Of a DNA stretch of 46,081 bases, positions 36,761 through 46,080 are shown piece by piece (position 1 is the stretch's first letter; every line of letters starts with the position of its first letter). The stretch is taken from positions 1 to 46,081 of the forward strand of contig JAZQMH010000109.1 of assembly GCA_045543255.1 (NCBI GenBank). The letters are read 5' to 3'. Under the pieces are notes generated by a model. It did not search any database. It saw only the letters and a list, made by a program, of their open reading frames with translations, and was not told the DNA's origin. The translations under genes and the position numbers were made by a program. Source of the stretch: Vescimonas sp. (lineage in GTDB: Bacteria; Bacillota; Clostridia; Oscillospirales; Oscillospiraceae).

Positions 36761-37752
36761 AAAATCCTTCTGTGACTGCAAAGCTTACCTTCGGCCAGAA
36801 GCTGAATGTGTTCGTTAAGCAAAGCCCCGCCCGCATGGCCTTTATCATCGCTGTGTTTATCTATGCAGTGACGGTCATCATTAACCCCAATGCTTTTAAT
36901 GCCAGCGCCATCGGCTCTATCATCATGCTGACGCTGCTGCTGAGCTTCGCCTCTGCCGGTCAGACCATCGTGCTGATCAGCGGCGGTATGGACTTCGGCG
37001 TGGGTGCGGTCATGTCCTCTGCGGCAATTCTGACCACCACCATTATGAACGCTGAGGACGGTCACTTCTTTACGCTGCTGGTGGTTGCACTGGCAATGGG
37101 CGCCATCGTGGGTCTTCTCAACGGTGTGTGCTGCGTGAAGATCGGTCTGCCTCCCATGATCGTTACCATGGCTATCGCCAACGTGGTCACCCGTATGCAG
37201 TACGTGCTGACCGAGGGCAGCCCCATGGGTTATGCCGGTCCTAAGTTCATTAAGTCTGTTACCTCCCGTCTGTTTGGTGTGCAGTTCCTGCCCTCCATCA
37301 TTCTCTACGGTATCATTATCATCCCCTTGGTCTACTTCATTCTGAATCGTTCCCGCTTTGGTAAGCAGGTCTATCTGGTGGGTAATAACCCCGTGGCCGC
37401 CAAGCTCAGCGGTGTGAACGTGGCCAAGGTGCAGATCCTGACCTATGTGTTCTCCGGCGTGTTCGCCGCCTTTGCCGGTATGCTGGGTGCTGCGTATATG
37501 AACGCTGCCCGCTGCCAGATCTTCGACAACTACGCATACGAGTCGCTGATCGCGGTGATCATCGGCGGTACGCTCCTCTCCGGCGGTGTGGGCTCCTACA
37601 CCGGCAGTATCGCGGGCTCGCTCGTCATGGTGGTGCTCAGTAATATGCTGACCGTTATCGGTCTGACCCAGCCTGAGCGCAACCTGTTCATGGGCGTGAT
37701 CCTGATCCTGCTGCTGATCCTCTACAACCGCGAAAAGAACGTCCGTCAGTAA
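36757..37752 (+). CDS. Sugar ABC transporter permease (RbsC-like)
   Basis: GQTIVLISGGMDFGVG, SRFGKQVYLVGNN.AA.LSG, AVIIGGT..SGG.G. Confidence 0.92.
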   Translation: MKNPSVTAKLTFGQKLNVFVKQSPARMAFIIAVFIYAVTVIINPNAFNASAIGSIIMLTLLLSFASAGQTIVLISGGMDFGVGAVMSSAAILTTTIMNAEDGHFFTLLVVALAMGAIVGLLNGVCCVKIGLPPMIVTMAIANVVTRMQYVLTEGSPMGYAGPKFIKSVTSRLFGVQFLPSIILYGIIIIPLVYFILNRSRFGKQVYLVGNNPVAAKLSGVNVAKVQILTYVFSGVFAAFAGMLGAAYMNAARCQIFDNYAYESLIAVIIGGTLLSGGVGSYTGSIAGSLVMVVLSNMLTVIGLTQPERNLFMGVILILLLILYNREKNVRQ

Positions 37753-37762
37753 CCCTTATTAC

Positions 37763-37808
37763 AATACGGGGACAGCGGCAGGCACCGGCCTGTCCCTGTC
37801 CCCGTATT
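37763..37808 (+). terminator. Long hairpin between ABC permease and MFS gene
   Basis: AATACGGGGACAG/CTGTCCCCGTATT 13-bp stem with inner CAGGC/GCCTG helix, followed by ACTTTT. Confidence 0.65.
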
Positions 37809-37829
37809 ACTTTTATTAGGAGTAAATCT

Positions 37830-39017
37830 ATGGAACAGCGCGCAAAAATCACAAAGCAGGTCACCACTGCCATTTTGGTGACCAGTTTTGCCTACGCCTT
37901 CGTCAACTCCATTACCAGTGTGCTGGTCAATGCGGTGGTGGAGGAATTCTCTCTTACAGGCGCGTCGCAAGGTCTGATGAGCAGCATGCTCAGTCTGGGT
38001 CTTATGATCGCCCTGCTGATCAACCCCCTGTTTCAAGGCCGCATCAGTAAGGTCACGATGATCGTCCTCTCCGGCACGCTGCAGGTGGTAATGCTGCTTC
38101 TCTCCGGCGGCGCGCCGAATTTCGGCGTGTTCATGGTGTCCATCGTGCTGTTGGGCATGGGCTGCGGCTGGCTGGATGGCTATATAAACTCCACCATGAT
38201 CGATGCCCACCCCACAGACAGCCCCAAATATCTCGGTCTGCTCCACGGTATTTTCGGTATCGGCAGTCTTTTGGCCCCGCTGGCGATGCAGTGGATGCTG
38301 GGCAGCACCGGCTGGCGCTGGGTCAACGTGGCGCTGGCGGCGCTGACGGCGGCTGCCATGGTGATGGTGGCCGTTGCCGGAAAGAAGGGGAAAAAGGCCA
38401 ATATGTTCGGAAAGGGGCAGGAAGAGCGCCTTTCTGTTGCTCAACTGGGCGCGTATTTGAAGAATAAGCGCAATGTGCTGCTTCTGTGCTGCGGCGCTAT
38501 GACTTCCATGTTTCAGACCGGTGTCCTGTGCTGGATCGCCCGCTACATGCTGCTGGCACACGATGCCGAAGCCTTGGGCGCCAGCTGTCTGACCATCTAT
38601 TGGATCGCCGCCACCGTAAATCGCTTTATCGCTCCCCGCCTTAAGGCGCGACCGCTGGTACTCATTATGGGCGGCGCGCTGGCAGCAGCGGCCTGTTTGG
38701 TGCTGGGAATCGTGGGCGGCAACGCCATCGTCATGTGCGTTTGCATGGGCCTGTTGGGCCTCACTACGGGACATTTTATCCCCATGGTGGTGTCCGAGTG
38801 CGCCGAGGGCTATCAAGGCAGCACCACACTGACCACCTCTGTGGTCATGTTCGTCATGGGTATTACCCGCGTCATCGTCCCTGTGCTGATGGCGGCCTTG
38901 ACGGAGATCGTGTCCGTCCATGTGGGCATGGGCGTTCCGGCGGTGTCGGGCATCCTCGCCGCCATTTGCTGTGTTTGGGTGCTGAAGATGAAAACGCCTG
39001 TGAAGGAAGGACGATAA
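37830..39017 (+). CDS. MFS transporter (fucose permease-like)
   Basis: About 12 TM segments; GMGCG.LD, LHGIFGIGSLLAP motif. Confidence 0.85.
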   Translation: MEQRAKITKQVTTAILVTSFAYAFVNSITSVLVNAVVEEFSLTGASQGLMSSMLSLGLMIALLINPLFQGRISKVTMIVLSGTLQVVMLLLSGGAPNFGVFMVSIVLLGMGCGWLDGYINSTMIDAHPTDSPKYLGLLHGIFGIGSLLAPLAMQWMLGSTGWRWVNVALAALTAAAMVMVAVAGKKGKKANMFGKGQEERLSVAQLGAYLKNKRNVLLLCCGAMTSMFQTGVLCWIARYMLLAHDAEALGASCLTIYWIAATVNRFIAPRLKARPLVLIMGGALAAAACLVLGIVGGNAIVMCVCMGLLGLTTGHFIPMVVSECAEGYQGSTTLTTSVVMFVMGITRVIVPVLMAALTEIVSVHVGMGVPAVSGILAAICCVWVLKMKTPVKEGR

Positions 39018-39021
39018 CCGT

Positions 39022-39924
39022 ATGACTGCGAATTCCTACGAAGTACAGAGCTTTTTCTGGGACTATAAGATGGATCTGCAGTTCCCGTTTTCTGCGATCA
39101 ACTACGCAGTTGTAGATGTGACACCTCGTCTCCATTGGCACGACTTTTTCGAGATTGGAATTTGCACTTCCGGCGGCGGAACCTTCTATTTTGAAGGAAA
39201 ATCGTATGAATACACCGTTGGCGATGTGTTTTTGATCAACAATCTTGAAAAACACGGGGCAGCCACCTTTGAAAATGAAACAACGACCTTCCGCTTTTTC
39301 CTGTTTCTTCCGGAATTCTTTTTGGATGGTGCCGGCGCGCGGGATGCGGAATATCTCCTGCCGTTTCGCTACGACAGTGCCAGTTTCTGCAATCGTATTG
39401 ATGGTGACAGTGAAGCCGGACAGCGGCTCAAACCGCTGTTAGAGGAGCTGTGGAAGGAAGCAGACGGTGAGCGTTCGGGGAGAGAGCGGCTGATTCGTGC
39501 GCGGCTTCAACTGGCGTTGGCAGAGCTGAGCAGCTTAACGAAATTGGATGAGAGTCCTGCCTCTGCTGCGAATTTGGCGGAGTATCTTCGCCTTCGCCCT
39601 GCGCTGCTATACATTCATGCCAATTTCCCTTCACGGCTGAATCAAAAAGAAGTTGCGGCACTGTGTTATTTAAGCGAGTCACGCTTTCGGCACTTGTTTA
39701 AACAGCAGATGGGCATGAGTTTTCAAGAATACGTGGCAAAGCTGCGCTACCTTGAGGCACGCCGCCGAATTGCTTCTGAAAATGGTAGCATTGCCGATGC
39801 TGTGCGGGAAGCCGGATTCTCGAATCCGTATGCGTTTTATCAGATGTTCCGAGAAAACGAAGGTGTCACGCCGCGGGTGTGGCGCAGTCAACTGCGAGAG
39901 GAATTGGGAGATAGCCGAATTTGA
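39022..39924 (+). CDS. AraC family transcriptional regulator with cupin sensor
   Basis: LHWHDFFEI cupin motif; LSESRFRHLFK, GFSNP..F...F....G.TP HTH. Confidence 0.92.
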   Translation: MTANSYEVQSFFWDYKMDLQFPFSAINYAVVDVTPRLHWHDFFEIGICTSGGGTFYFEGKSYEYTVGDVFLINNLEKHGAATFENETTTFRFFLFLPEFFLDGAGARDAEYLLPFRYDSASFCNRIDGDSEAGQRLKPLLEELWKEADGERSGRERLIRARLQLALAELSSLTKLDESPASAANLAEYLRLRPALLYIHANFPSRLNQKEVAALCYLSESRFRHLFKQQMGMSFQEYVAKLRYLEARRRIASENGSIADAVREAGFSNPYAFYQMFRENEGVTPRVWRSQLREELGDSRI

Positions 39925-40066
39925 TAAGAAATCAAGCGGTTGTGACATTTTTCTTGCGGCACAGCGTGCTGTAAAATATAGTTGTGAAATCTGTTTATTT
40001 TTGAAAAGATTTTGTACACTTTGAACAGAAGAACACATATTTTATCAGGACGGAAGGAGCATTTCT

Positions 40067-42178
40067 ATGTTGAAGTATCCCCATTTGTTTACTCCCTTGA
40101 AAATCGGAAACATGGTGATTGCCAACCGCGTTTGCCATGTGCCCACCGATGTTAGCTCTTCCAATGCTGACGGTTCTGTCAGTGAGCGGGACATCCATCA
40201 TCACAGCGAGATCGCCAAGGGCGGTGCAGGTCTGATTATTGTCGGCGCTACCTCTCCTGATGGAAAGACCGGCCGACCCACCGTTACCGGCTTGGTGGCT
40301 GACAGCGACACCTTCATTCCCGGTCTTGCCCGCTTGGCTGAGGGTATGCATAAGTACGGCGCTAAGTGCGTGGTTCAGCTGCAGCATCCCGGCCGTCAGT
40401 GTGCTGTCCCCCGTTACAATACCATGTCTGCCACCGATATGGTGGTGAAGCTGCCTTGGAGTGCCGGACATGAGATCGTCTATGAAAATGCCGAGGAGAA
40501 GGGTAAGCCTGTCCGCGCCATGACCACGGAGGAAGTGGTGGAGATGGTGGATCTGTTCTCTGAGGCTGCTTGGCGTGTTAAGCAGGCCGGTTTTGACGGT
40601 GTGGAGCTTCATGCAGCCCACGGCTATCTGATCTCCCAGTTCATGTCCCCCTATTTGAACAAGCGTATTGACCGTTGGGGCGGCAGTTTTGAAAACCGTA
40701 TGCGTTTCCCCTTGGCCATTATTTCCTCTATCCAGCAGAAGTGCGGCAAGGATTTCCCCATTTTGGTGCGTTACTCTGTGGACGAATGGGTGGAAGGCGG
40801 CCGCGAGTGCGATGAGAGTGTGAAGATGGCGGTGGAATTCGAGCGTGCCGGTGTTGCTGCCCTTGACTTGAGCCAGTGCATTCAGGAGAGTCCCGGCGCG
40901 GGATTCGATCCCATGCAGTATCCCGAGGGCTGGACGAACTATGCCTCTGCCGCTGTGAAGAAGGCGGTATCGATTCCCGTGATCAACAGCCACTCTCTGC
41001 GTAACCCTGCCTATTGCGATAAGCTGGTGGAGGACGGTGTGACCGATATGGTGGGCCTCGCCCGTCAGCTGTTGGCAGACCCCTATTGGCCCATGAAGGC
41101 GTATTTGGGCAAGGATGAGCAGATTCGCCGCTGCATTTCCTGCCTTACCGGCTGCTGGCAGGAGAGTATGATGGCCAAGAAGGAGATTGGCTGCGCCATC
41201 AACCCCGCCTGTGGTCATATGGAATTCGACGAGATGAAGCCTGCTGCAACACCTTTGAAGGTGGGTATTGTGGGCGGCGGCCCTGCCGGTATGGAGGCGG
41301 CCCGCATAGCTACTGTTCGCGGTCATAAGGTGACACTGTTTGAAAAGAGCGGCGAGTTGGGCGGCGCGATCCTCGGCTGCTGCATGGCTCCGGGTAAGGA
41401 GAAGATGAAGTGGTACGCCGATTGGATCCGCAATCAGATCAAGGAACTGAATGTGGATGTCCGCTTGCGCACCTGCCCCACGGTGGAGATGCTGAAGGAG
41501 TTCGATGTGGTGCTCAATGCTACCGGCGCGTCCAGCTATGTGCCGGAGTGCATGGGGAAAGAGCGCGTTGTGCCCTTTGAGGAGGCAATCGCCTGCCCCA
41601 GAGTCAACTGTCCTCACCATCCCAAGGATCGTACCATGCGCAAGATCGGCGAGAAGGTACTGGTCTGGGGCGACCATTATGCCGCTGTGGATACGGTGAC
41701 GGCGCTGGCCAGCATGGGTAAAGACGTCACGGTGGTGACGGATCGTAAGGAGTTCGGCTCTTCTGTGGAAGTGATCCACATGTACGTAATGCGCAAGCGT
41801 TTTGCGCAGACCGATGCTGAGGCATTGGAGAGCACGCCTTACAAGTATCCTGTTAAGGTGATTGAAAACAGCACGATCTACAGCATCGAAGAGGGCAAGG
41901 TTGTGGTGATGGATAAGAACTTCAACCGTACCGAGTTGGCAATTGACGATGTGGTGACTTGCCACACCCGCTCCAATATGGCGCTGTTTGACGAGCTGTG
42001 TGCTGCCGGTGTGCCTGTGATCAATGCCGGAGACAGTAAGTCTCCCCGTAACCTCCATGCCGCTGTGATGGAGGGCGCAACCTTTGGCTTGAAGCTGGAG
42101 GAGAGCGTTATGATGAACCCCAACCATAGTGTCATCAACGATTTGCCTGCTGATGTTCGCGGCCAGCTGACAAGATAA
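40067..42178 (+). CDS. NADH:flavin oxidoreductase (OYE TIM barrel + 4Fe-4S + FAD/NAD domains; FadH/BaiH/enoate reductase class)
   Basis: QLQHPGR, GFDGVELHAAHGYLI, R.D.WGGS.ENR, CISCLTGC...CAINP cluster motif, VGGGPAGMEAA. Confidence 0.92.
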   Translation: MLKYPHLFTPLKIGNMVIANRVCHVPTDVSSSNADGSVSERDIHHHSEIAKGGAGLIIVGATSPDGKTGRPTVTGLVADSDTFIPGLARLAEGMHKYGAKCVVQLQHPGRQCAVPRYNTMSATDMVVKLPWSAGHEIVYENAEEKGKPVRAMTTEEVVEMVDLFSEAAWRVKQAGFDGVELHAAHGYLISQFMSPYLNKRIDRWGGSFENRMRFPLAIISSIQQKCGKDFPILVRYSVDEWVEGGRECDESVKMAVEFERAGVAALDLSQCIQESPGAGFDPMQYPEGWTNYASAAVKKAVSIPVINSHSLRNPAYCDKLVEDGVTDMVGLARQLLADPYWPMKAYLGKDEQIRRCISCLTGCWQESMMAKKEIGCAINPACGHMEFDEMKPAATPLKVGIVGGGPAGMEAARIATVRGHKVTLFEKSGELGGAILGCCMAPGKEKMKWYADWIRNQIKELNVDVRLRTCPTVEMLKEFDVVLNATGASSYVPECMGKERVVPFEEAIACPRVNCPHHPKDRTMRKIGEKVLVWGDHYAAVDTVTALASMGKDVTVVTDRKEFGSSVEVIHMYVMRKRFAQTDAEALESTPYKYPVKVIENSTIYSIEEGKVVVMDKNFNRTELAIDDVVTCHTRSNMALFDELCAAGVPVINAGDSKSPRNLHAAVMEGATFGLKLEESVMMNPNHSVINDLPADVRGQLTR

Positions 42179-42187
42179 AAGCATAAG

Positions 42188-42221
42188 AAAACCGTCGGTC
42201 AAGATTGACCGACGGTTTTTT
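42188..42221. terminator. Bidirectional intrinsic terminator
   Basis: AAAACCGTCGGTCAA-GA-TTGACCGACGGTTTTTT between convergent genes. Confidence 0.9.
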
Positions 42222-42247
42222 GCTGTTTTTATGGTGCCCCTATTCAA

Positions 42248-45200
42248 TTACCAACTGCGGTAGCCGCAATCGGCGCAGGTAAAGCCCTTCTCAGAGCCGT
42301 CCTCATTGTAAACGACTTCCTTGCGATGGGTGGCGTAGCGCTCCTCTGGGGTCTCGTAGGAGAAGGGCGTGTCGCATCTTAAGCAGATGGCGTGATCCCA
42401 CTGGACATCGTAGTGACAGTGGACAGCTGCATCGAATTTATCGGACTGCCGCCACTCGCTTGTTATATAGGAGCCAGGAGTGTGGACCTCCACGCCGTCA
42501 ATGATAGGGCACTGGGTTTTGACGGATGGGTGAAGGGTGGTAGGCGCCATGTTCTTCGCTGCCTGCTTGCGGAGAGCAGTTTTCAATCTTTGATAGTCAT
42601 CGGAGGAGATCATGGTTATGGCCTTGGCAAGATCCTCAGGGAAGTTTTCATCGATGGACATGACATAGTAGCCCCCGTCACCGGGCCACCACACTTGGAT
42701 GAGATCCAGAGTGGATTTATTCAGCGTCACGATGGTGAAGCTGCTCCATTCATCGGCGGCGTTGCCCTGTGCATCCTGTGAGAAGTAGCCGCCAAAGCCG
42801 TAGAGATTTAACTCGTCGCCCACCGTTTCATGGTAGAAGCAGGTGAAAGCGGCGGCCTCCCTGGCGGGGTTGAGGTCTTGTCCCGTCCACCAGCCTGTGC
42901 CGAGACTTGCCAAAATGGCGTCACAGGCGGCCCGCTGTTTCTCATCCTCTAATGTTAGCGGCGCGGGCAATTCGGGAGCATCGATAGGGATGACGGGGGA
43001 ACTGTGACCATAAATATCGCTGCGGAGCTGGAGCGACATGTACATATAGGGCTGGTTGTGCTGCATCCACTCCAAGCCATGGTCGGTGGTCATCTGATCG
43101 GCACCCTTTATCCACTCGTCGAAATACTCCTGCCCTGTCTCGGTGTGGAGGCGCAGCTGTGCCTCGGGGGCAAGCTGGTCGAGGATGAGGCGCATAACTT
43201 GTCCCTTAGGTTCGGGCTGGTTGCCCTTGAGAAACTCTGTGAAGATGTAGCGGAGGGTCAAGTTCTCGTCGGTCAGCAGGGCAATATGCTCGTTGGGATG
43301 GGCTTTAATATAGTCTCCTGCCTTGGTGGCATCAGCGGGAGAGGAGAGAAGGGTGTCAAAGAGGGCGGCTACGGTGGCAAATTCGCCTGTCACCGCCTCG
43401 CCGGTGACCACGGGCTGCAAGGCTAAAACGTGGTAGGAATTCCCCGTTTCGCGCAGGGTCAGACGGGTTGTGCCCTGCTCTGTTTCGCTGTAGAGATAGA
43501 GAATATCCCCCACGCGCTCACCGCTCGTACAGTGGAAGGAGGCAGCACCAAAGTCGGAGGTGTAGTTATAATAGGCGTCATACTCCTCCAAGTAGGCCAC
43601 GCCGGAGGTGTCCACCTCGGCGGTGGTGATGCCTGCATACTCCAGCAGAATCGCATCTACAAGACGGGCGGGATATTTGTGAATAGGCACGGGAATGGTG
43701 TCCAAAGTGTCCTCTTGGGAGAAAGGCCAGCCCTCTGTACCCTTGAGGAGTTCAAATTCCTCCGCGCTTGCCTTTGAGCCGTCACCGGGGAAGTAGCGCA
43801 TGAACTTTTCAAAATCCAGTGCCCGCACATCGCGATAATAGGAGGTGAAGAAGCAGGACCAAGGGCTTGCGCCAATGATGCCGCCCTGCTTATCGTAGAC
43901 AACGGGGGCAAGGAGTTCATTGAGGGAGGTGATCTCCTCCTCGGTCAGAGCGCCGTCCACGATGGCATAGCCGGGGACGGTGATGCTCTGCATCCCATCT
44001 ACGCCGTCAAGGACGGGCTGTTCGATGTCAAAGGTGTAGGTAAAACGCTCCCCGTCCTGCACCGTGACATAGAGGAAGTTGGAAGAACCTTCGGCGATAA
44101 AATAGAGGGTGTCCCCGTCTTTTCTGAAACGATTCACCAGCTTGTAGCCGAGATTTTCATCGTCGGTGAGGGTGAGGATGTTGCCCTTCTCCGTCCATTT
44201 GCCTGTGGCGAGGTAGCTGCTGGCCATACCCTCGGTGTAGTGGAAGGTGCCGTCCTCAAAGAGGGAGATGGTGAAGTTGCCGAGAACGCCTGACTTTTCG
44301 TAGGTGTAGACCTTGCCCTCAATGGTGTCCTTGGGGCTGGTCAGGAAGCACACCGCCACCACCACGCAGGCGAGGATGGCTACCACCAAGACCCAAAAGG
44401 CGGGCTTTTTATAGTTTAGCACCGAGGCGATGCGCTTTTTCACCCCCACTTCGCCAAAGGCGAGGGGACAGGCCGCCACTATATGGCGGGGGAGACTACA
44501 GGAGAGAAGGGCCTCGGAGTAGGCTTTCTTCGCCGAGGCATCCATATCGCGGATGACCCGCTCGTCGCAGGCCAGTTCAATGTCGCGGCACAGGAGGATA
44601 TAGGCCACCCACAGCAGGGGGTTGAACCAGTAGACCGCCAGCAGCAAAAAGCCCAAGGGCTTCCACCAGTGGTCGCGGCGGCGCAGATGTGCCTCCTCAT
44701 GGGCGATGACATACTGGGCCTGCCCCTCGTCCATGTCGTAGGGGAGGTAGATGTTGGGACGGAAGAAGCCGAGGATAAAGGGGGAGTCCACCGCCTCACA
44801 CCGCCAAATGTTGTCGCGGAGAGGAAGGGACAGCTGCACCCGCTTACGGATGCGGAAGAAGCTCACAGCAGCGTAGAGGAGCATGGCGGCGCAGCCCGCC
44901 AGCCACACCCAGCCGAGAATGGGGAGAACGGCGGTCTCCACCGTGTCGGGGGCGTCCAGTCGGTCGGGGGCGGTCACCACATAATAGCCGCCCTCGCCGT
45001 CGGCAAAAGGCTCGCGCCCCGCGGCAACAGCGTCTTGATACAGGGCGGAGTCATCGTAGATAACGGTCACGTCCCCTACATAGTCGTCCTGCCATTCGGT
45101 GAGGAGTTCTCTCTCAGCCACCTCTTGGGGGATAAGGCTGAAGGAACTCTCTAAGGAGAAGGGCAGCAGCAACCGCAGTGCCACCATTGCCCACAGGGCG

Positions 45201-45313
45201 CAGTGGATGGCCTTGGGCGCACGCTTTAAGAGCAGCCGCAGCAACACGACCACCACGACCAGTGCGCTGGCGGCGAGGCTCATGTGGAGCAGTGTTAGAA
45301 AGACAGCACCCAT
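42248..45313 (-). CDS. M56 family metallopeptidase (BlaR1/MecR1-like) with long extracellular C-terminal region
   Basis: SPF..G..RP.IYLP, IAHEEAHLRRRDH, YWFNPL, DIELACDE, RI..VL; ~690 aa after last TM. Confidence 0.92.
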   Translation of the reverse strand: MGAVFLTLLHMSLAASALVVVVVLLRLLLKRAPKAIHCALWAMVALRLLLPFSLESSFSLIPQEVAERELLTEWQDDYVGDVTVIYDDSALYQDAVAAGREPFADGEGGYYVVTAPDRLDAPDTVETAVLPILGWVWLAGCAAMLLYAAVSFFRIRKRVQLSLPLRDNIWRCEAVDSPFILGFFRPNIYLPYDMDEGQAQYVIAHEEAHLRRRDHWWKPLGFLLLAVYWFNPLLWVAYILLCRDIELACDERVIRDMDASAKKAYSEALLSCSLPRHIVAACPLAFGEVGVKKRIASVLNYKKPAFWVLVVAILACVVVAVCFLTSPKDTIEGKVYTYEKSGVLGNFTISLFEDGTFHYTEGMASSYLATGKWTEKGNILTLTDDENLGYKLVNRFRKDGDTLYFIAEGSSNFLYVTVQDGERFTYTFDIEQPVLDGVDGMQSITVPGYAIVDGALTEEEITSLNELLAPVVYDKQGGIIGASPWSCFFTSYYRDVRALDFEKFMRYFPGDGSKASAEEFELLKGTEGWPFSQEDTLDTIPVPIHKYPARLVDAILLEYAGITTAEVDTSGVAYLEEYDAYYNYTSDFGAASFHCTSGERVGDILYLYSETEQGTTRLTLRETGNSYHVLALQPVVTGEAVTGEFATVAALFDTLLSSPADATKAGDYIKAHPNEHIALLTDENLTLRYIFTEFLKGNQPEPKGQVMRLILDQLAPEAQLRLHTETGQEYFDEWIKGADQMTTDHGLEWMQHNQPYMYMSLQLRSDIYGHSSPVIPIDAPELPAPLTLEDEKQRAACDAILASLGTGWWTGQDLNPAREAAAFTCFYHETVGDELNLYGFGGYFSQDAQGNAADEWSSFTIVTLNKSTLDLIQVWWPGDGGYYVMSIDENFPEDLAKAITMISSDDYQRLKTALRKQAAKNMAPTTLHPSVKTQCPIIDGVEVHTPGSYITSEWRQSDKFDAAVHCHYDVQWDHAICLRCDTPFSYETPEERYATHRKEVVYNEDGSEKGFTCADCGYRSW

Positions 45314-45315
45314 CG

Positions 45316-45678
45316 TTAACCCTCCTCAAAAGAATCAATCATGCGGCGAATTTCCTGTAGTTCCTTGGGGGAGATGTTCTTGCGCTTGGTGAAGGCGGCG
45401 AAAAAGGCGGGGAGTGAGCCGTCGAAGGTCTCGGAGATGAACTTCTCGCTCTGTGCGGCGTAGTAGTCCTCTCGGGAGACGAGGGCGGTCACTGTGCCGT
45501 CCTTCAGCTGAAAGAAGCCCTTTTCGCCCAGTTTTTTCAGCACCGTGTAGGTGGTGGTGCGCTTCCAGTGGAGCGCCTCTTCACACAGCTTCACCAATGC
45601 GGCGGTAGAAAGAGGTGCGTGAGCCCACACGATGTCGGCAAACTGGGACTCCACCGCGCCTAAAGTATAGTGAATCAT
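45316..45678 (-). CDS. BlaI/MecI/CopY family repressor
   Basis: IVW, W.RTTTYTVLKKL..KG, FDGSL, EL.EIR..I; RBS AGGAGG; adjacent to M56 gene. Confidence 0.92.
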   Translation of the reverse strand: MIHYTLGAVESQFADIVWAHAPLSTAALVKLCEEALHWKRTTTYTVLKKLGEKGFFQLKDGTVTALVSREDYYAAQSEKFISETFDGSLPAFFAAFTKRKNISPKELQEIRRMIDSFEEG

Positions 45679-45691
45679 AGACAAATCCTCC

Positions 45692-45744
45692 TGTCTATTC
45701 TTAGTAGACAACCATAGTCTATCATCAATAGACAAAGTTGTCAA
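45692..45744 (-). promoter_or_regulatory. blaI-like promoter with two tandem palindromic operators
   Basis: TTGACA(45744-45739)-17 bp-TAGACT; GTCTA-N7-TAGAC palindromes at 45693-45709 and 45717-45733. Confidence 0.8.
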
Positions 45745-45849
45745 GAAAAAAGAAATCATCCGGGCACAGATGTACCGCGATTACTTCTTTTGCGATGGAA
45801 AAGTTAGGAGAGAGGGTGTCTGGTATCGACGATGATAAATCGAAGGGAA

Positions 45850-46080
45850 TTACACATTCTGGCTGGCACGATATGCCTTGATGGCCTCGGTGAGCTTGGG
45901 GATGATCACATTCAGGTCGCCCTGAATACCCAAATCAGCCAGCTTCATCATGGGGCAGTTCTCGTCCTTGTTGATAGCGATGATGAAATCGGAATCTTCC
46001 ATACCGGCCAAATGCTGGATGGCGCCGGAAATACCGCAGGCAATATACAGGTTGGGGTGCACCGTCTTACCGGTCTGGCC
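45850..46080 (-). CDS. etfA: Electron transfer flavoprotein alpha subunit, C-terminal part (5' truncated by window edge)
   Basis: [36 protein letters not shown] motif. Confidence 0.92.
   Translation of the reverse strand, partial: GQTGKTVHPNLYIACGISGAIQHLAGMEDSDFIIAINKDENCPMMKLADLGIQGDLNVIIPKLTEAIKAYRASQNV

Noticed and set aside
39939-39990. Repeated GTTGTGA upstream of the flavoenzyme as Rex or AraC sites
   Set aside because: Only half-sites, no matching partner; too weak to call.
40067-42178. Specific assignment as bilirubin reductase or BaiCD/BaiH
   Set aside because: Active-site motif is HGYL rather than the HGDR of BilR, and no other bai genes are adjacent.
46058-46080. 23-nt identity with 4567-4589 forming a long-range inverted repeat
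   Set aside because: It is the conserved GQTGKTVH coding segment of two etfA paralogues, not a mobile element end.
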